Source: Macrostomum hystrix (taxonomy: Eukaryota; Animalia; Platyhelminthes). From it: a stretch of 64,000 nt of DNA. Below the pieces are notes generated by a model. The model was not told where the DNA came from, did no database searches, and saw only the letters and a program-made list of their open reading frames with translations. The translations under genes and the position numbers were made by a program. How positions within the stretch are numbered: the first letter of the stretch is position 1; each line of letters starts with the position of its first letter. This document shows, in pieces, positions 48,887 through 60,900 of the stretch. The stretch is from positions 17,794,001-17,858,000 of the forward strand of contig CATNEN010000039.1 of NCBI GenBank assembly GCA_950097015.1, read 5' to 3'.

Positions 48887-49330
48887 ATGCACAGTCGGTC
48901 ATCGCAGTCACAGGGAGCGGCGGCAGGCAGCGTCGGCGAGGACGGACATCGCGAGTCGGGGGCGCACGAAGCTGGCTCCGGCTCCGCCGCGGCCATTCCG
49001 GTGCGTCGAGTTCGCCTAACCAGCAGTTCCCAGCTGCCTAGCAACTATTCGCAGACCCCTGGCGGCACCATCTTTGGCACCACGCCTGGCGGTACCCGGG
49101 TGATCTACGACCGCGACTTCCTTCTTAGCCGGCAAAACTGTCCATTGGCCCGCACTCCGCCAGCTGGACTGCCCAGAATTCCTGGCGTTACCTGCGGTCA
49201 CGACGGCGGCGAAGGCGACGGTCACGCCGGTGTAAATGGCGTCTCGAGTGCCGCGGCGGCAGCTCCCGCTGTATCGGCTGCAGCTAATGGCGACTGCGCT
49301 GGTGGCACTGAGTTTGAAATGGATATTTAA
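48887..49330 (+). CDS. EIF4EBP: eIF4E-binding protein (4E-BP), 147 aa, intronless CDS
   Basis: [18 protein letters not shown], eIF4E-binding YDRDFLL, TPP, IPGVT and C-terminal TOS motif FEMDI. Confidence 0.95.
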   Translation: MHSRSSQSQGAAAGSVGEDGHRESGAHEAGSGSAAAIPVRRVRLTSSSQLPSNYSQTPGGTIFGTTPGGTRVIYDRDFLLSRQNCPLARTPPAGLPRIPGVTCGHDGGEGDGHAGVNGVSSAAAAAPAVSAAANGDCAGGTEFEMDI

Positions 49331-50505
49331 CCTGGACGGCCTAATATATTTGCAGTGGATCTATATTGGTGAGATGGGTGTCTTCTGGCTGTTGTTTCGT
49401 TAATTAATTGGCCCAATATTTTCATAGATCTTCTATTTTGTCTCGGCTTTTCGATTTTCGAAGTTTTATTTCTAGCGAAAAAGTTTATCACGCCGTTATG
49501 ATAATAATTCTCTTTTTTTAGCTTCAAATTCAGAACTGTTTGTCCTAATTTACAATAAGCTAATAGTGTAAAGGTTTTGCTAGCTTTTAATGGCATTTTG
49601 TTTCTGTCGTTTCTGAATGTGTTTTTTTATTAAATCTAAATCAAGTCGGGCTTTTAGTCAGGAGTTTTTTATGCTTAATTAAAGTCGCCAATCAGGGTTC
49701 CAGTTTGTTTTCTGTCGTTTTATTAAATTTAAGTTTTAATAAAACTAATCACTTTTAATCACTTTTTCGGAATTTGTATATTGAAGGCGTTATTATCTTT
49801 AAACCAGTCCTAAATGAAAAAAGTACACTCGAGTTGCTAAATGATCAGTGCCATGCCATCAACTGAGAACTATAGTTTCGGCTATACTTAACTGTGCTTA
49901 ACTGCTTCTCCCACTATGTTATTTTCTTTGCTTCGTTTTGGAGACAAAAATATGATAATTTATATAGTGTTGTTTTTTACGTGTCTTTTATTTACATTTC
50001 TAATGTCGTTTTGGGATCGGAATAAAGGTTCGATAATTATCCTCAAATTAAGGCTTACTGTCAGGTTTTCGCAGAAAAATTCACTGTCTTACGTTCCATA
50101 AAACTGGCATTGAAATATTGCAGCTTGTAAAGCAAAGAAGTAAAACTAAATGATATCAGAATTTAAGCTGGGTAGTAATTTGGATGCAGCCTCACCCGGA
50201 AAATTTCGCTGCCTTTGATGCGCCTAGCAAAAAAATAGACAGAAACAATGGCTAACTTGTAGTGTACATTGTACATGTACATTCCCTCCCTTAGTCTTTC
50301 GAGTAGCGTACTCAGAAATCTCATAAGCACTCTCGCCCGTATAATTAGTATGGCGGATGTTGCTTATTTTACGAGTATAGCGCGGCTGTGAGGTTAGTGC
50401 AGCAGTTTAGTTAGGTATATTAGCTGTCTTTTTATGCTTTCCTACAGTATTGGTGTGCAGGATTTTTGACACATTTAATGAGCTAAAGGTTTTACCTCAA
50501 CAACA

Positions 50506-51942
50506 ATGCTAATTAGCATTAGTACAAGAGACATTCTGATAGCACTTCTGATGAAGTTGTTCAGCAAAGTTGTGGACAGCCAGTTCGGAAGTCTGTCACC
50601 GGAGAACTTCGCCTCGTTCAACGGCTCGTGCTATCTGAAGGAGCTTTTGCCAGGCGTTGCTTCGCAAGACACTGTAACATCTTGGATTTACTCGACCAGG
50701 TATCTTCTACCTGTGCTGGGCGGACTGCTTGCCGATGCCTGCATCGGTTACATTGCGGTGCTGCACATCTGCGGTCACCTCATGTTTGTATCTTGCATAC
50801 TACTGGCTGTGGCAATCTATTTCGACTTGATCTGCCGTTCTGTAGTACAGATTACCATCGCCTGGGCCCTAGTTCCGCCTCTGTTCAGCATTATTCAACC
50901 GTGCATTGTCTATTGCATCTACAGATGGCATCGGGAGCCGAGGATGTGGACTGTACTGAATACTGCTTATTACTTGTCCATGAAAATTGGCGAGATCATT
51001 GGCATTTTACTACCTTTGGCTAGAGGTCTAGTGGGCAAGAACTACATCCTTGTTGGAGTTGTTCTCAGTATTGCATTCCTCGTATCGTCTCGCGGAATCA
51101 GCACCGAGCATCGACGCGTCCCTCTTGGGCTACCGACTAGAGCACGACTGTTTCGCTACTTCAAAATCTTTTCTCCATTCGCACTGTTCATCATTTCTAT
51201 TATAAGAAGTCGATCAATGGTTTATACCATCGAATTGCGTCACTATCTTCGCTTCGATGCTGCCAATTCTACTGCCGGCCAGGTATTCGAAGATTCTCTG
51301 TTCTCGCCCGAATTCGTCAAAGTGCTATTTCAACTGGTCTGGTGTCTGCCGCTTCTGTTTTTAGCCTACAGATCGCCGAAGCATATATCAATACAAAGAC
51401 GGATTCAGGCTGGTATTTTTGTTAAAGCGGTAGTAGATATCGGTCTCATTATAATCTCCGTATCGCCGCCGAATCGCTGGCTGACTGTTCACGCCATCTT
51501 CTGGGTCGCCTCGGCTGCTGACGGTGCCGCTGAGCTGCTGACGATAGTTGCCGCACTGGAGATCATGAACGGGGTGGCACCCAGCAGCTGCAAGATGTTT
51601 GTGATGGGCATTGGCTTCACCGTGTGGGGCCTGGCTGCCCTGGCTGGTCGCTCTCTAGTAGCTATTCTGAGCGTCCTGCCATCCAATAATCCGGTGCTCC
51701 AACCTGCGCCAGACCGTGCGCCGCTTTTCTTCGTCTATCACGTGGTCATTCTTCTACTGCTAGTAGTGTGCTCTGCTTATTTCCGCTTCGTATCCTATCC
51801 GTTAGTTGAGATGCTATTCCTGAACTGCGATTTCTATCCTGATATTGACGGTCGCGGCACTGCGGGTGAGCCGTCGGGTTGTTCGGAAGAAACTCCGCTT
51901 ATCGAGTATACAAAAGGATTGCAAACGACAGAAAAGGACTAA
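50506..51942 (+). CDS. Divergent MFS transporter, SLC15/POT (PTR2)-like; true start uncertain
   Basis: Many TM segments. YLLPVLGGLLADACIG and ELLTIVAALEIMNGVAPSSCKMFVMG resemble POT-family motifs. C-terminal EETPLI dileucine. Confidence 0.6.
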   Translation: MLISISTRDILIALLMKLFSKVVDSQFGSLSPENFASFNGSCYLKELLPGVASQDTVTSWIYSTRYLLPVLGGLLADACIGYIAVLHICGHLMFVSCILLAVAIYFDLICRSVVQITIAWALVPPLFSIIQPCIVYCIYRWHREPRMWTVLNTAYYLSMKIGEIIGILLPLARGLVGKNYILVGVVLSIAFLVSSRGISTEHRRVPLGLPTRARLFRYFKIFSPFALFIISIIRSRSMVYTIELRHYLRFDAANSTAGQVFEDSLFSPEFVKVLFQLVWCLPLLFLAYRSPKHISIQRRIQAGIFVKAVVDIGLIIISVSPPNRWLTVHAIFWVASAADGAAELLTIVAALEIMNGVAPSSCKMFVMGIGFTVWGLAALAGRSLVAILSVLPSNNPVLQPAPDRAPLFFVYHVVILLLLVVCSAYFRFVSYPLVEMLFLNCDFYPDIDGRGTAGEPSGCSEETPLIEYTKGLQTTEKD

Positions 51943-52114
51943 CTACTTCGAACAAAGTAAAAATTATCTAAGACACTGCCGCTTCAAGCAATGAATGCGT
52001 TTTTCCGTGAGTTGGTATGCAAGTACTAAATAAATGTTTGCGTAAAAATGCTCTATAGCTTCAGTTTACGTATAGCTGGAAAATTAGTTTCGACATTAGC
52101 CTAGGTGGACTTTT

Positions 52115-52330
52115 TATACACACGCATACATATATGCTGTACGCAGACATACGCTCACACAGGTGTGTACATCTGCCCTGACTTTCTCATCGTCAGGCAG
52201 TATACACTCTCACAGTGCCTTGGAGGTTGGCCCTCAAGGGCGTAAATTGCACGACAAGCCCCCAAGCCTTCTCTACGCGGCTGCGCCCCAAAGGAATGTG
52301 GCCTCGCCACGGAATCGAACTTAGGCACCA
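52115..52330 (-). mobile_element. tRNA-derived SINE, copy 1 (5'-truncated)
   Basis: Reverse complement of 60368-60580; contains B box GTTCGATTCC. Confidence 0.8.
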
Positions 52331-52755
52331 AAACCGACCTTCCTGCCTCCTGTGTATTTCTTCTAAATAAACATTTCTTTAGATAGAAAGATCAGGTGTG
52401 GATTATAACAAATTCATTGAATATAATATTGGACATGTACAAATCAAATAAATAAGTTACACAAAATGAACAGTAATTATGCGCGCTATATATATTTTCG
52501 ATTCTTAAAATTCGAAAGATTTTCTTTTTGTTTCACACAATGCACGCTATACTAGTACCGTTGTCAATATAATATTGAAGTCGAAGGTATCAAGCTTTCT
52601 ATATGATTTGTGTCAATTTGGTTCTCATAGACTGAGTATCTAGGCTCGTAAAACAGTTAATGAAGGACAGCTAGCAAAGTTACGTATTGGGTGCCAGAAC
52701 CACACCATAACCACAAAGTCTGATTGCCACAGCAAGTCGCCAGGTTGCATTTGTC

Positions 52756-54057
52756 CTACTCATAGTTGAACTCTAGTCCGATAGCTGCCAATCGTTCAGA
52801 AGCTACCCTATCAAACAGCTCGCTTTGGGCCACAGTAAATTGACCCTTCCAGTCTCCTATGAGGCCTTTGCGAAGAAATCGGAATCCTGTACCAAAGGTG
52901 GTGTTTAGATTGTCGTTGCTGAACATCGACGTGAATTTGCAGTTGTGCATCACGCAGGCCAGCTGCTCACCCGTCGTTTCGATTCCCAGGTGATTGGCGA
53001 TGCGTTGAATACAGTCTCTAGGATTGCTAACCAGATCTTCGTACTTTAGGACCAAAGCGTTCGGCTGATTGCGCAATTGCCACCATTCTGCTGTCACCTG
53101 CAATCCAATGCGAATTCCAAGAGTGATCTTGATAGGTTTATACATTGTTGGTGCATTGCGCCCTAAGGATATTTCTGTCGAGTGTTGATGGACTTCGGCA
53201 GCTTCAAAGGCATTTGCGAGTACAGTTTGCTAGTCTTACCGAATGAAGTTCATCTTTAATGGCTGTTTTAGTCACTGAATTTTAATTTATAATCTTTAAT
53301 CCTTGATCTTGATTTTAAAAGATGGAGTGTTAATTCGTAGACCTACCACAATATAGCATGCCTTCGTGTGTATAACCGTGTACTTAAGTGCTCAGGTGCC
53401 AACAAAATTGGCTTAAGATTGAAGTGCTCAATTTTTAATTGGCAATTGTCAATAATATTCTATAATAAAAGATATATTTCGAATAACATATACGTGAAAG
53501 TATACCTGAAAGTAGTCGCCACACATGGTCTTTCCGCTCAGAAAGATGCTAACAAACTCGTCCCACGTGCCAGGCCAGGGTCCGTACATCTCCAGTCCCT
53601 TGTAGAAGTGATAGAGCGAGTTGCAGCAGTCCTTCGGATTGCGCAGCACGGCAATAACCTTTGGATTGGCCAGGTCCAAGTTTTTAGAAATCAGCGAATA
53701 AGGACAGTGCGTCTTGATTAGACGTTGCTCGTCCATACTCGTCGACTCCAAGACGTCGATGCCCCACCGGACCGGACCGTCAGCTCCCCAGCCGTAGTTA
53801 AATTCCAGGAATGGGAATCGTTCGTCAATGGGAGCGTACTTGGCATCAGGCTGGATTGTGTCCCGGTGCACTAGTTGCCAAACAATCTCCTGGGTCAGGG
53901 TTGTGCCGCATCTAGGAAAAGTGCACACGCAGATGTCGCTAGGTCGAAAGCTGAAGCCAAGAGAACGGCGTAGAACCTCTGGAGTGGTGTAGTTGTTCCA
54001 GACAATGCCCTCTAGTTCGAATTCGTCTAGCGTCTTGGTGTGCGTTGTGGCGGCCAT
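52756..54057 (-). CDS. Cytosolic sulfotransferase (SULT1-like), ~297 aa; exons 54057-53506, 53097-52756
   Basis: 5'-PSB TFPRCGTT, RLIKTH, 3'-PB RNPKDCCNSLYHF, LKYEDL, FLRKGLIGDWK. Phase-0 GT-AG intron. Confidence 0.92.
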
Positions 54058-56235
54058 TTTGGTTCGCTCTTGCTTGGCTGCTTGGCTGTGCACATTCGCT
54101 TAAATCAGCTGAACTTACATTTATATATTAAAAAGCTTTTGCAGATTGCTGCTCGGAAAGATAAGACTGTAAACTAACAACATGCACCCTGTTCTGGACG
54201 TTTAATTAAAAATCAAATTGCGTTCGTGACCTGCTGAATGTGGAAGCGGTTTATAAATTATATTTCTTTGGAAACATGATGTGGAGTCAATCTAAACAGC
54301 TTTCGTGTGTACAATAAGCTATCACACAACGGCAGAAATGGCACTTAATGGAATTCTTGGAATTCTGTGACACCTTGGCAACAGACATTCAATCTTCAGC
54401 ATACGCTTTTCTGCATCGTCACTTCGTATGTCTTCGTAAATGAAAAACAATTTTAATACTGTCCAGTCTGCTTCGTGTCACGAACGAATTACCTATCCAT
54501 GCATTTATAGCCAAACTCGTTGGATTTCAATTTTACATTCAGTTTTTGTCGGTAATCTATTGTATACGTCATATTATAGTTATATGATATCAAATCGACA
54601 CAGCTCACGCAACAATGTCGCGTCTTAGAGATATCAATTAGTAAGCTAATAACGTCACGATTCCCGACTCCACTGAGTTTTGAGCATCAGCTGGGCCGTA
54701 ATTGAGGGACGATATGGCGTCCTCCCAGTCCATGGACTGAGCAGCCGTACGCAGCCTTCAGAGATGCGCCTGCTGTGCTGTCGGCTGCGTACTGACGCAA
54801 TTGGGGGCAGGTGTAGTGTATTATTATTATTACAAAAAGCACTTTAATTATAGAGCCACCTGCAGCCCTTTAACTAATTCGCAGAGAGACCTTAACTTGA
54901 CTGTGTCCTGCATCTCAACTGTCTGGTCGGTGGAAACACTGCAGTCAGCTGGATCCCCGATGATCACATGGCTTTCATGGAATAAGCCGGCAGACAGTCT
55001 TGCCAAGCAAGGAAGCTCCAGAACTTTTAGGGACTCTTGCCAATAGTTTCAATAACCACCATGCACTGTCGTTTATTGATAGATTATATTGACGATCTAT
55101 CGTCAAATAGGTTATGTTAAGAGTTTTGCAGCCAAGTCTTTGCTTTTCTACTGTTGTCAGTCTGAATTGTATCTCTCAATGAGCTCAAGCCCCGATCGGA
55201 TCGAGGAACTCAAGCCTTGGTGCGCAGCAATGCAGCCATGATCAGCTATCTTCAACTCACAACTGACCAGCTAAAAACGCGCTTTTCCATCGAAACAAGC
55301 TGCCCATCGAACCGGCGGGTTACATATTACGGGAAGCCATCGCTGGCACTAATCGCGCGCAACCCTGCAACAACGGGAGTGATTTCGACCATCATAGAAG
55401 ATCTATACATATAAACAGCTGCTGCCGAAACAGATGCACTAATGCGCCTGTGACTGAGGCTCAAGACTGAGACTGAGGCCTGTGACCCGATGCTAGCTGT
55501 TTCTGGAACGCGCACATGCCTGTTAAGTTGGCGTGATTCCGGTAATGACGATTGAATGATTACACTTGTTTAGAGATTAGAGTTGATTTTGTCCGTGGCA
55601 ATGCAATCCTATCTATGCTAAAGTGAACTTAAGCGGCACAGATATTCTTTTGAATAATTTTTTCTCTAAAAAGTGAATTCCATACAATTAATATACAAAT
55701 TGGATCGTTACGCACACATAATTAGGCGTCTTGTTTATTATAACGTAGCTTGCTTTGCTGCGGCAATTCGAAGTTCAACCACAATACTTATTAGAACATA
55801 TTAATATATGAGTCTAAAGCAATTGGGCGGGTCTAGACTCGGGACGTTTCTGAACTACAGACCTAGGCCTTTTCAGAAGTTTAGTCAGTGATTAATAAAG
55901 ATAAATATTGAAAGGCTGATATTGATATCTTGAATTAGCTAGCGCTATCAAAAATATATTAAATATGCAAAGCTGCAAATGCGACGAATACATATGTTGT
56001 ATTCTTGCAATTATCAATGATTTAATTTTTGATTCGAAGGAACATACTAGGCCTAGTACTAGCTAGGTCTAACCCCCACGACTTACGAGTAGACTGAGTA
56101 GCCTAAGTAGGTCTAATATTAGTAGTAGTAAAGGCCGAGACCTAGCCGCCTAGTTTTGAATGTCTGTCTAAAAATCTGTTGGGAAACATAGGCCCTATAT
56201 CTTGTTGTTTTGAAAAACATCAATTAAGCTATTTT

Positions 56236-56800
56236 TAGGAGGGGTGTCCCAAAAGTTAATTGAATATCCAACAAAGCTCTTCAACGGAGCCATGAAATTT
56301 CATGCCCATGGTGTCAAATGAAATGAAAGTAATTTTTGTCACTTGGGGGCCTAAGAAAACAAAGTTAAAATTATGTTCATATCTTTTTCTGTTTAGAAGC
56401 TGCAGCAAGAACCATGCGCAAAGGTCAGGGGTAGTGTTATGTAAGCTCAAAAATCTATGGCAATGATTTTTGATAATCATCTCCCTTTTTGGATATTTCA
56501 TTTTAAATACGTGCTATTGACATGTCATAAAGATGTGGCAGTGTCTATAGAAAAAAGCTGAAATGCTCATTAAGCTAATCTGAGCTTATTCTGGTAAGAA
56601 GCCTTCCTTTTTGCACCATGGCAATACTTGGCCACACACCACTGGAAATACATGCCACAGATCAACCGGCTGAATTTTGAGTTGGTGTCTCACCTACCCT
56701 ACTCCCCAGACTTGGCCCTTGCCAAATTTGCCATCTTTCCACAAATGAAAAAAACTTCTTCATTGCCAGGTGTTCAAGAACTACAGTGAACTTAACGACT
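56236..56800 (+). mobile_element. Degraded mariner-like element
   Basis: Remnants LHHGNTWPHT (HDNA-PH motif) and HLPYSPDLA..IFPQMKK, plus a TIR-like gaggggtgtcccaaaagtt. Confidence 0.65.
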
Positions 56801-57957
56801 TCACTTCTTCTATTAAGCTTGATTAGCTAGCTAACTTAGTTCTTGCTTAAGACTGGAATTGACAATATCAAGATCCACATTAAGGTTCTGTTAAGATAGG
56901 AGCTAGGCCTAATATCAAACTTATTTTCAAGTTTTAAAGATAGGGTATATAAGTACAAGAACAACTGTAATGTAGATAGCTAACTAGTAATAGCCATTTA
57001 TAATCATTCAACTATAAGGTTTTTAGTGATGAATTTGATTTTATATATTTACAAATCGGCCTGATATATTGGGTCTTAATCTAAAAATCACTTCTTTTGG
57101 CCACATGTAAATATTAAGTGTCTGTATATAAATTATATTTTTTACCTGGTAAAGTTCTAGTTAGGGGCCAAATCTCTGAGCATACTAAATTAATGATTCA
57201 ATTAAACAGTACAACAAGTCATGAAAAAATCAATAAATGTAGTTAATTTTGTTATAACTGTGATATGACAGGCGCAGTCTAGTTGGCTTCAGGGTGTAGG
57301 TCTAAATTGGTGAGGACTGCAGCAGCATCGGCATCATGTTGCCGGTCTCACTATGAAATGCTATAGAGCCTCAATGTGAATGTGAATATGAAAGTACAAG
57401 AATTTCAGAGCAAAGCAATTAACAATTTGATACTTTTTGTCTACTTTTTCCAATAAAGGGGAATATCAAATTATAGCATTGAAACAAAAAATTGCTTGTT
57501 TAAAAATTTTGGCAACAGTGAACCAACAGCCAGCAATATTCTGCAACTCTGCCAGTTTTACTCCAATTTTGTTTATTTTTTAAGGCATAAAATTGCACAA
57601 GTCTCTAAACTAGTACTTAAGTGCATCCTAAATTAAAGTGTCCTTAATTTTGTGAATTTGAATGTGAATTTGAGCTCAAGGGCTTTGGTACAAGTCTAAA
57701 AGTAATTCAAGTTATTACAGCTCCTGTACTTTACTAGCTATGGATAAAATTTATTTCAGGACGATCCAATCGAACGGCCATCAGTTGGCAGCCGCAAGCG
57801 CAGCTCCCTTCGTTCCAGTCCCGATGGCCACCAGCCGGACACTTCAGCTCCAGCTGCCGCGTCGGCGTCTGCTTCACTGTCGGCTTCAGCGCCTTCAGGA
57901 GCTGGCGACGCAGTCGCTGGGGGTTGCAAGCGAACCCGCCTACAGCACAGAGAGGAA

Positions 57958-60900
57958 ATGGCGACTATCGCTGCAATGCCAACAACAATGCCAGCTTGGT
58001 CGGAGGAAGCCAATACGGCCGCAGCTAACAGCAGCGGAGCCAGTTTGAATACAATCGAAGACTTTGTCATGACGCCGGCAGCGGCTGATGGGGGCGCCTC
58101 GGTGGCAGCCGCCAATGGTGTTACAACCCGGTCTCGAGTTCGCGAATCTGCCGTACTAGCCATGGTTGAAGAGCTTCGAATGCGTCCAAAATCATTCGAT
58201 CACCTGCCACCAGAGGTGTACTGCCGCATTCTGCAGTACCTGTCAGTTGTGGAACTAATTCGGGTCACAGCGGTTAATAAGCAGTTTCGCGCTGCAGTTA
58301 CTAAACACCTGCGATTAACGAAGCGTATTAATTTCTGCAGCGGCTTGCCTTTCACTTTTTTATCCGAATCTTTGGACGATGCCACCCTTGCCTCCGTGCT
58401 GACGCTGTGCCCGGAGGTGACCCATATACTGGGATTTTATCCTCGAAGAATTTTTCACAGATCCTCTGGCTCGCAGCAGCTGCAGCAGCAGCAAAGTGGA
58501 GCCTACTACGTCGCTTCATTTTCATCCTCAGTCTCAAGCGCTAGCCCAAATTCAACCAACTGCAACCGAACGAGATGCCTTACTTACAATGGCATCCTGC
58601 AAGCATTAAAACAATGCAAGAAGCTTAAATCAATCGAAATCATGGACGTCGACTTGATGTCGCGAATTTTAGCCACATTTCCTAGAGTGAAATTTCATGG
58701 AATGTTTCGCAATAGGCCGGACATTTGGGACTGCGAACGGGCGTACGATGGGCCTAGTCCGCTGCCCAGCAGTCTGAGTAAACTGCTACTCAGTCCGCAG
58801 ATTAACAGCCTCACTAAGGTGAGAGCTTGCTTTGTTCAGCGTGTGTCTCGGTCATTAAGCCGGCTTACTCTATCTGTCGAAACTCATCTCAGCAAGCGGT
58901 CGCCACAATTTTCTCATCACAACGGTCATCAGTTATCACTCCATTTAAAATCGGTCATTACCCTGTAGCTTCATCGGTAATTACCCTTTAGCTTGGTCAT
59001 TGCCCTAACAGTTTCTATCAGTGTACACCCCAGCTAGCTTCATCGGTCATTACCCTCTCGTTTGGTCATTACCTACTAGCTTGGTCACTACCCTCTAGCT
59101 TGGTCATTACACTCTAGCTTGGTCATTACTATCTAGCGTGGTAATTACCCTCTAGCTTGGTCATTACCCTAACAGTTTCTATCAGTGTACACTCCAGCTA
59201 GCTTCGTCGGTCATTTCCCTCTAGCTCGGTCATAACCCTCCTTCTAGCTCGGTCATAACCCTCCTTCTAGCTCGCTCATTACCCTCTAGCTCGGTAATAA
59301 CCCTCCCTATAGCTCGGTCATTACCCTTTTAACTCCATAAGTCATAAAATTCCCTAGCTAAATCGCTCATTAATCCCTCTAGCTACAAGCTTTGATCATT
59401 TTCTTCCTTTTCAATTGTTTATCAAGCACTCGCTCTTTATCGTATATGTAAGATTAAACGTAAAATTTAAATTGTTTTCTTTTAGAAAAACTCTTCGTTC
59501 CTATTCCAGGTTGACCTACAGAGTGTGTGCCTTAACGCCCTACCAAAGATGGAATGCGTCCGCTATCTCTACCTAAAATGGGTTCGCTTCTCCGGCAACG
59601 ATCCGTTTGCTAATTTCAGCGCCCCGAAATTGCAAACATTTGTGATGAACAATTGCGTAGGGCCTAGCAACGCGTTTCGCTATCTGCGCGTGTTCTCAGC
59701 GGTAGCCAGGGCTTCGCAGCTCGCTAGATTAGAGCTAACTGGTCTCAGATTTATCAGCGGCTTAGTTGAGCACATGATCGACGATTTCGGCGGCGATTCT
59801 AGAGCCTTTCGCGCCCTGCAGAAACTATCACTATCTGGCAATAAATCTGTCACCGAGATTGACGCTGGCTCCCTCCTACTGGCTGCCTCCAGCGGTCTGG
59901 GCTGCGCCGCCCTGCAGAGCAGTTTGTGCAAAGACTCGCTGTTTGTAGCTTTGAGCTTTGCTCAAGCAAGCTTTCCTAAGCTGGACACGCTGACGCTGGG
60001 TTATAGGGATCCGTGCCCAGATTTGGACAGGTAGGCTTAGATCAAAAGCAATTTCTTGCATCCTGATCAGATTCTCCAGCGTCCTGATCAGATTCTCCAG
60101 CGTCCTGGTCAGATTATCCAGCATCCTGATCAGATTCTCCAGCAACCTGATCAGATTCTCCAGCAACCTGATCAGATTCTCCAGCGTCCTGATCAGATTC
60201 TCCAGCGTCCTGATCAGATTCTCCAGCATCCTGATCAGATTCTCCAGCATCCTGATCAGATTCACCAGCATTCAGATCAGATACTGTACCATTCCGTGAA
60301 TTTTAGTCTGTCCAGAATACTATGCCATTGGGGGGCGGTCTAGCGCGTTTGCCTCTCGCACCGCGGTCCCTAAGTTCGATTCCGCGGCGAGGCCACATTC
60401 ATGTGGGGCGCAGTGGCGGAGAGAAGGCTTGGGGCCTAGTCGTGCAATTTACGCCCTTTGAGGGCCAACCTCCAAGGCAGAGTGAGAATGTACATTGCCT
60501 GACGATGAGAAAGTCAGGGCAGATGTACACACCTGTGGAAGTGTATGCCTGCGTACGGTACCTGTGTGTGTGTGTGTGTGTGCTCAGGAGTCAGCGAAAC
60601 GGGCAGAATTGCCTCCTCGCTGGCTGCGGGTCCAGTGTCACCAAATGATGTGCCATTGCCCGCAGCCCTCCTGCAATTATCTATCTATACTAATAAGCCA
60701 TTCCTAATCTCCCTTTCGTCTTGACGCAGATCCCAATTCTCAGTTGAGCCTACTGACCCGCACTGTCAAATCACCGACTACGGCATGACCTACGTTGGGC
60801 GCAGTTTCGCAAACCTGACTAACCTGACAGTAAGCCGAGCTCCATTCCTCAGCGATCCAACTCGGTGGCTAGACCAGCCTTTGCCAATCTTTGCCGGCCT

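Noticed and set aside
54660-54832. GC-rich patch ending in (TAT)n, possibly a retroelement 3' end (a similar case lies near 9930-10330)
   Set aside because: No TSD, coding motif or second copy in the window to support a call.
60325-60390. tRNA gene
   Set aside because: No complete cloverleaf; it is the head of a SINE with a second copy at 52115-52330.
60488-60530. CTGACGA-TGA-GAAA in the SINE as a hammerhead ribozyme core
   Set aside because: No stem II, and CTGAC pairs with GTCAG in a simple hairpin.
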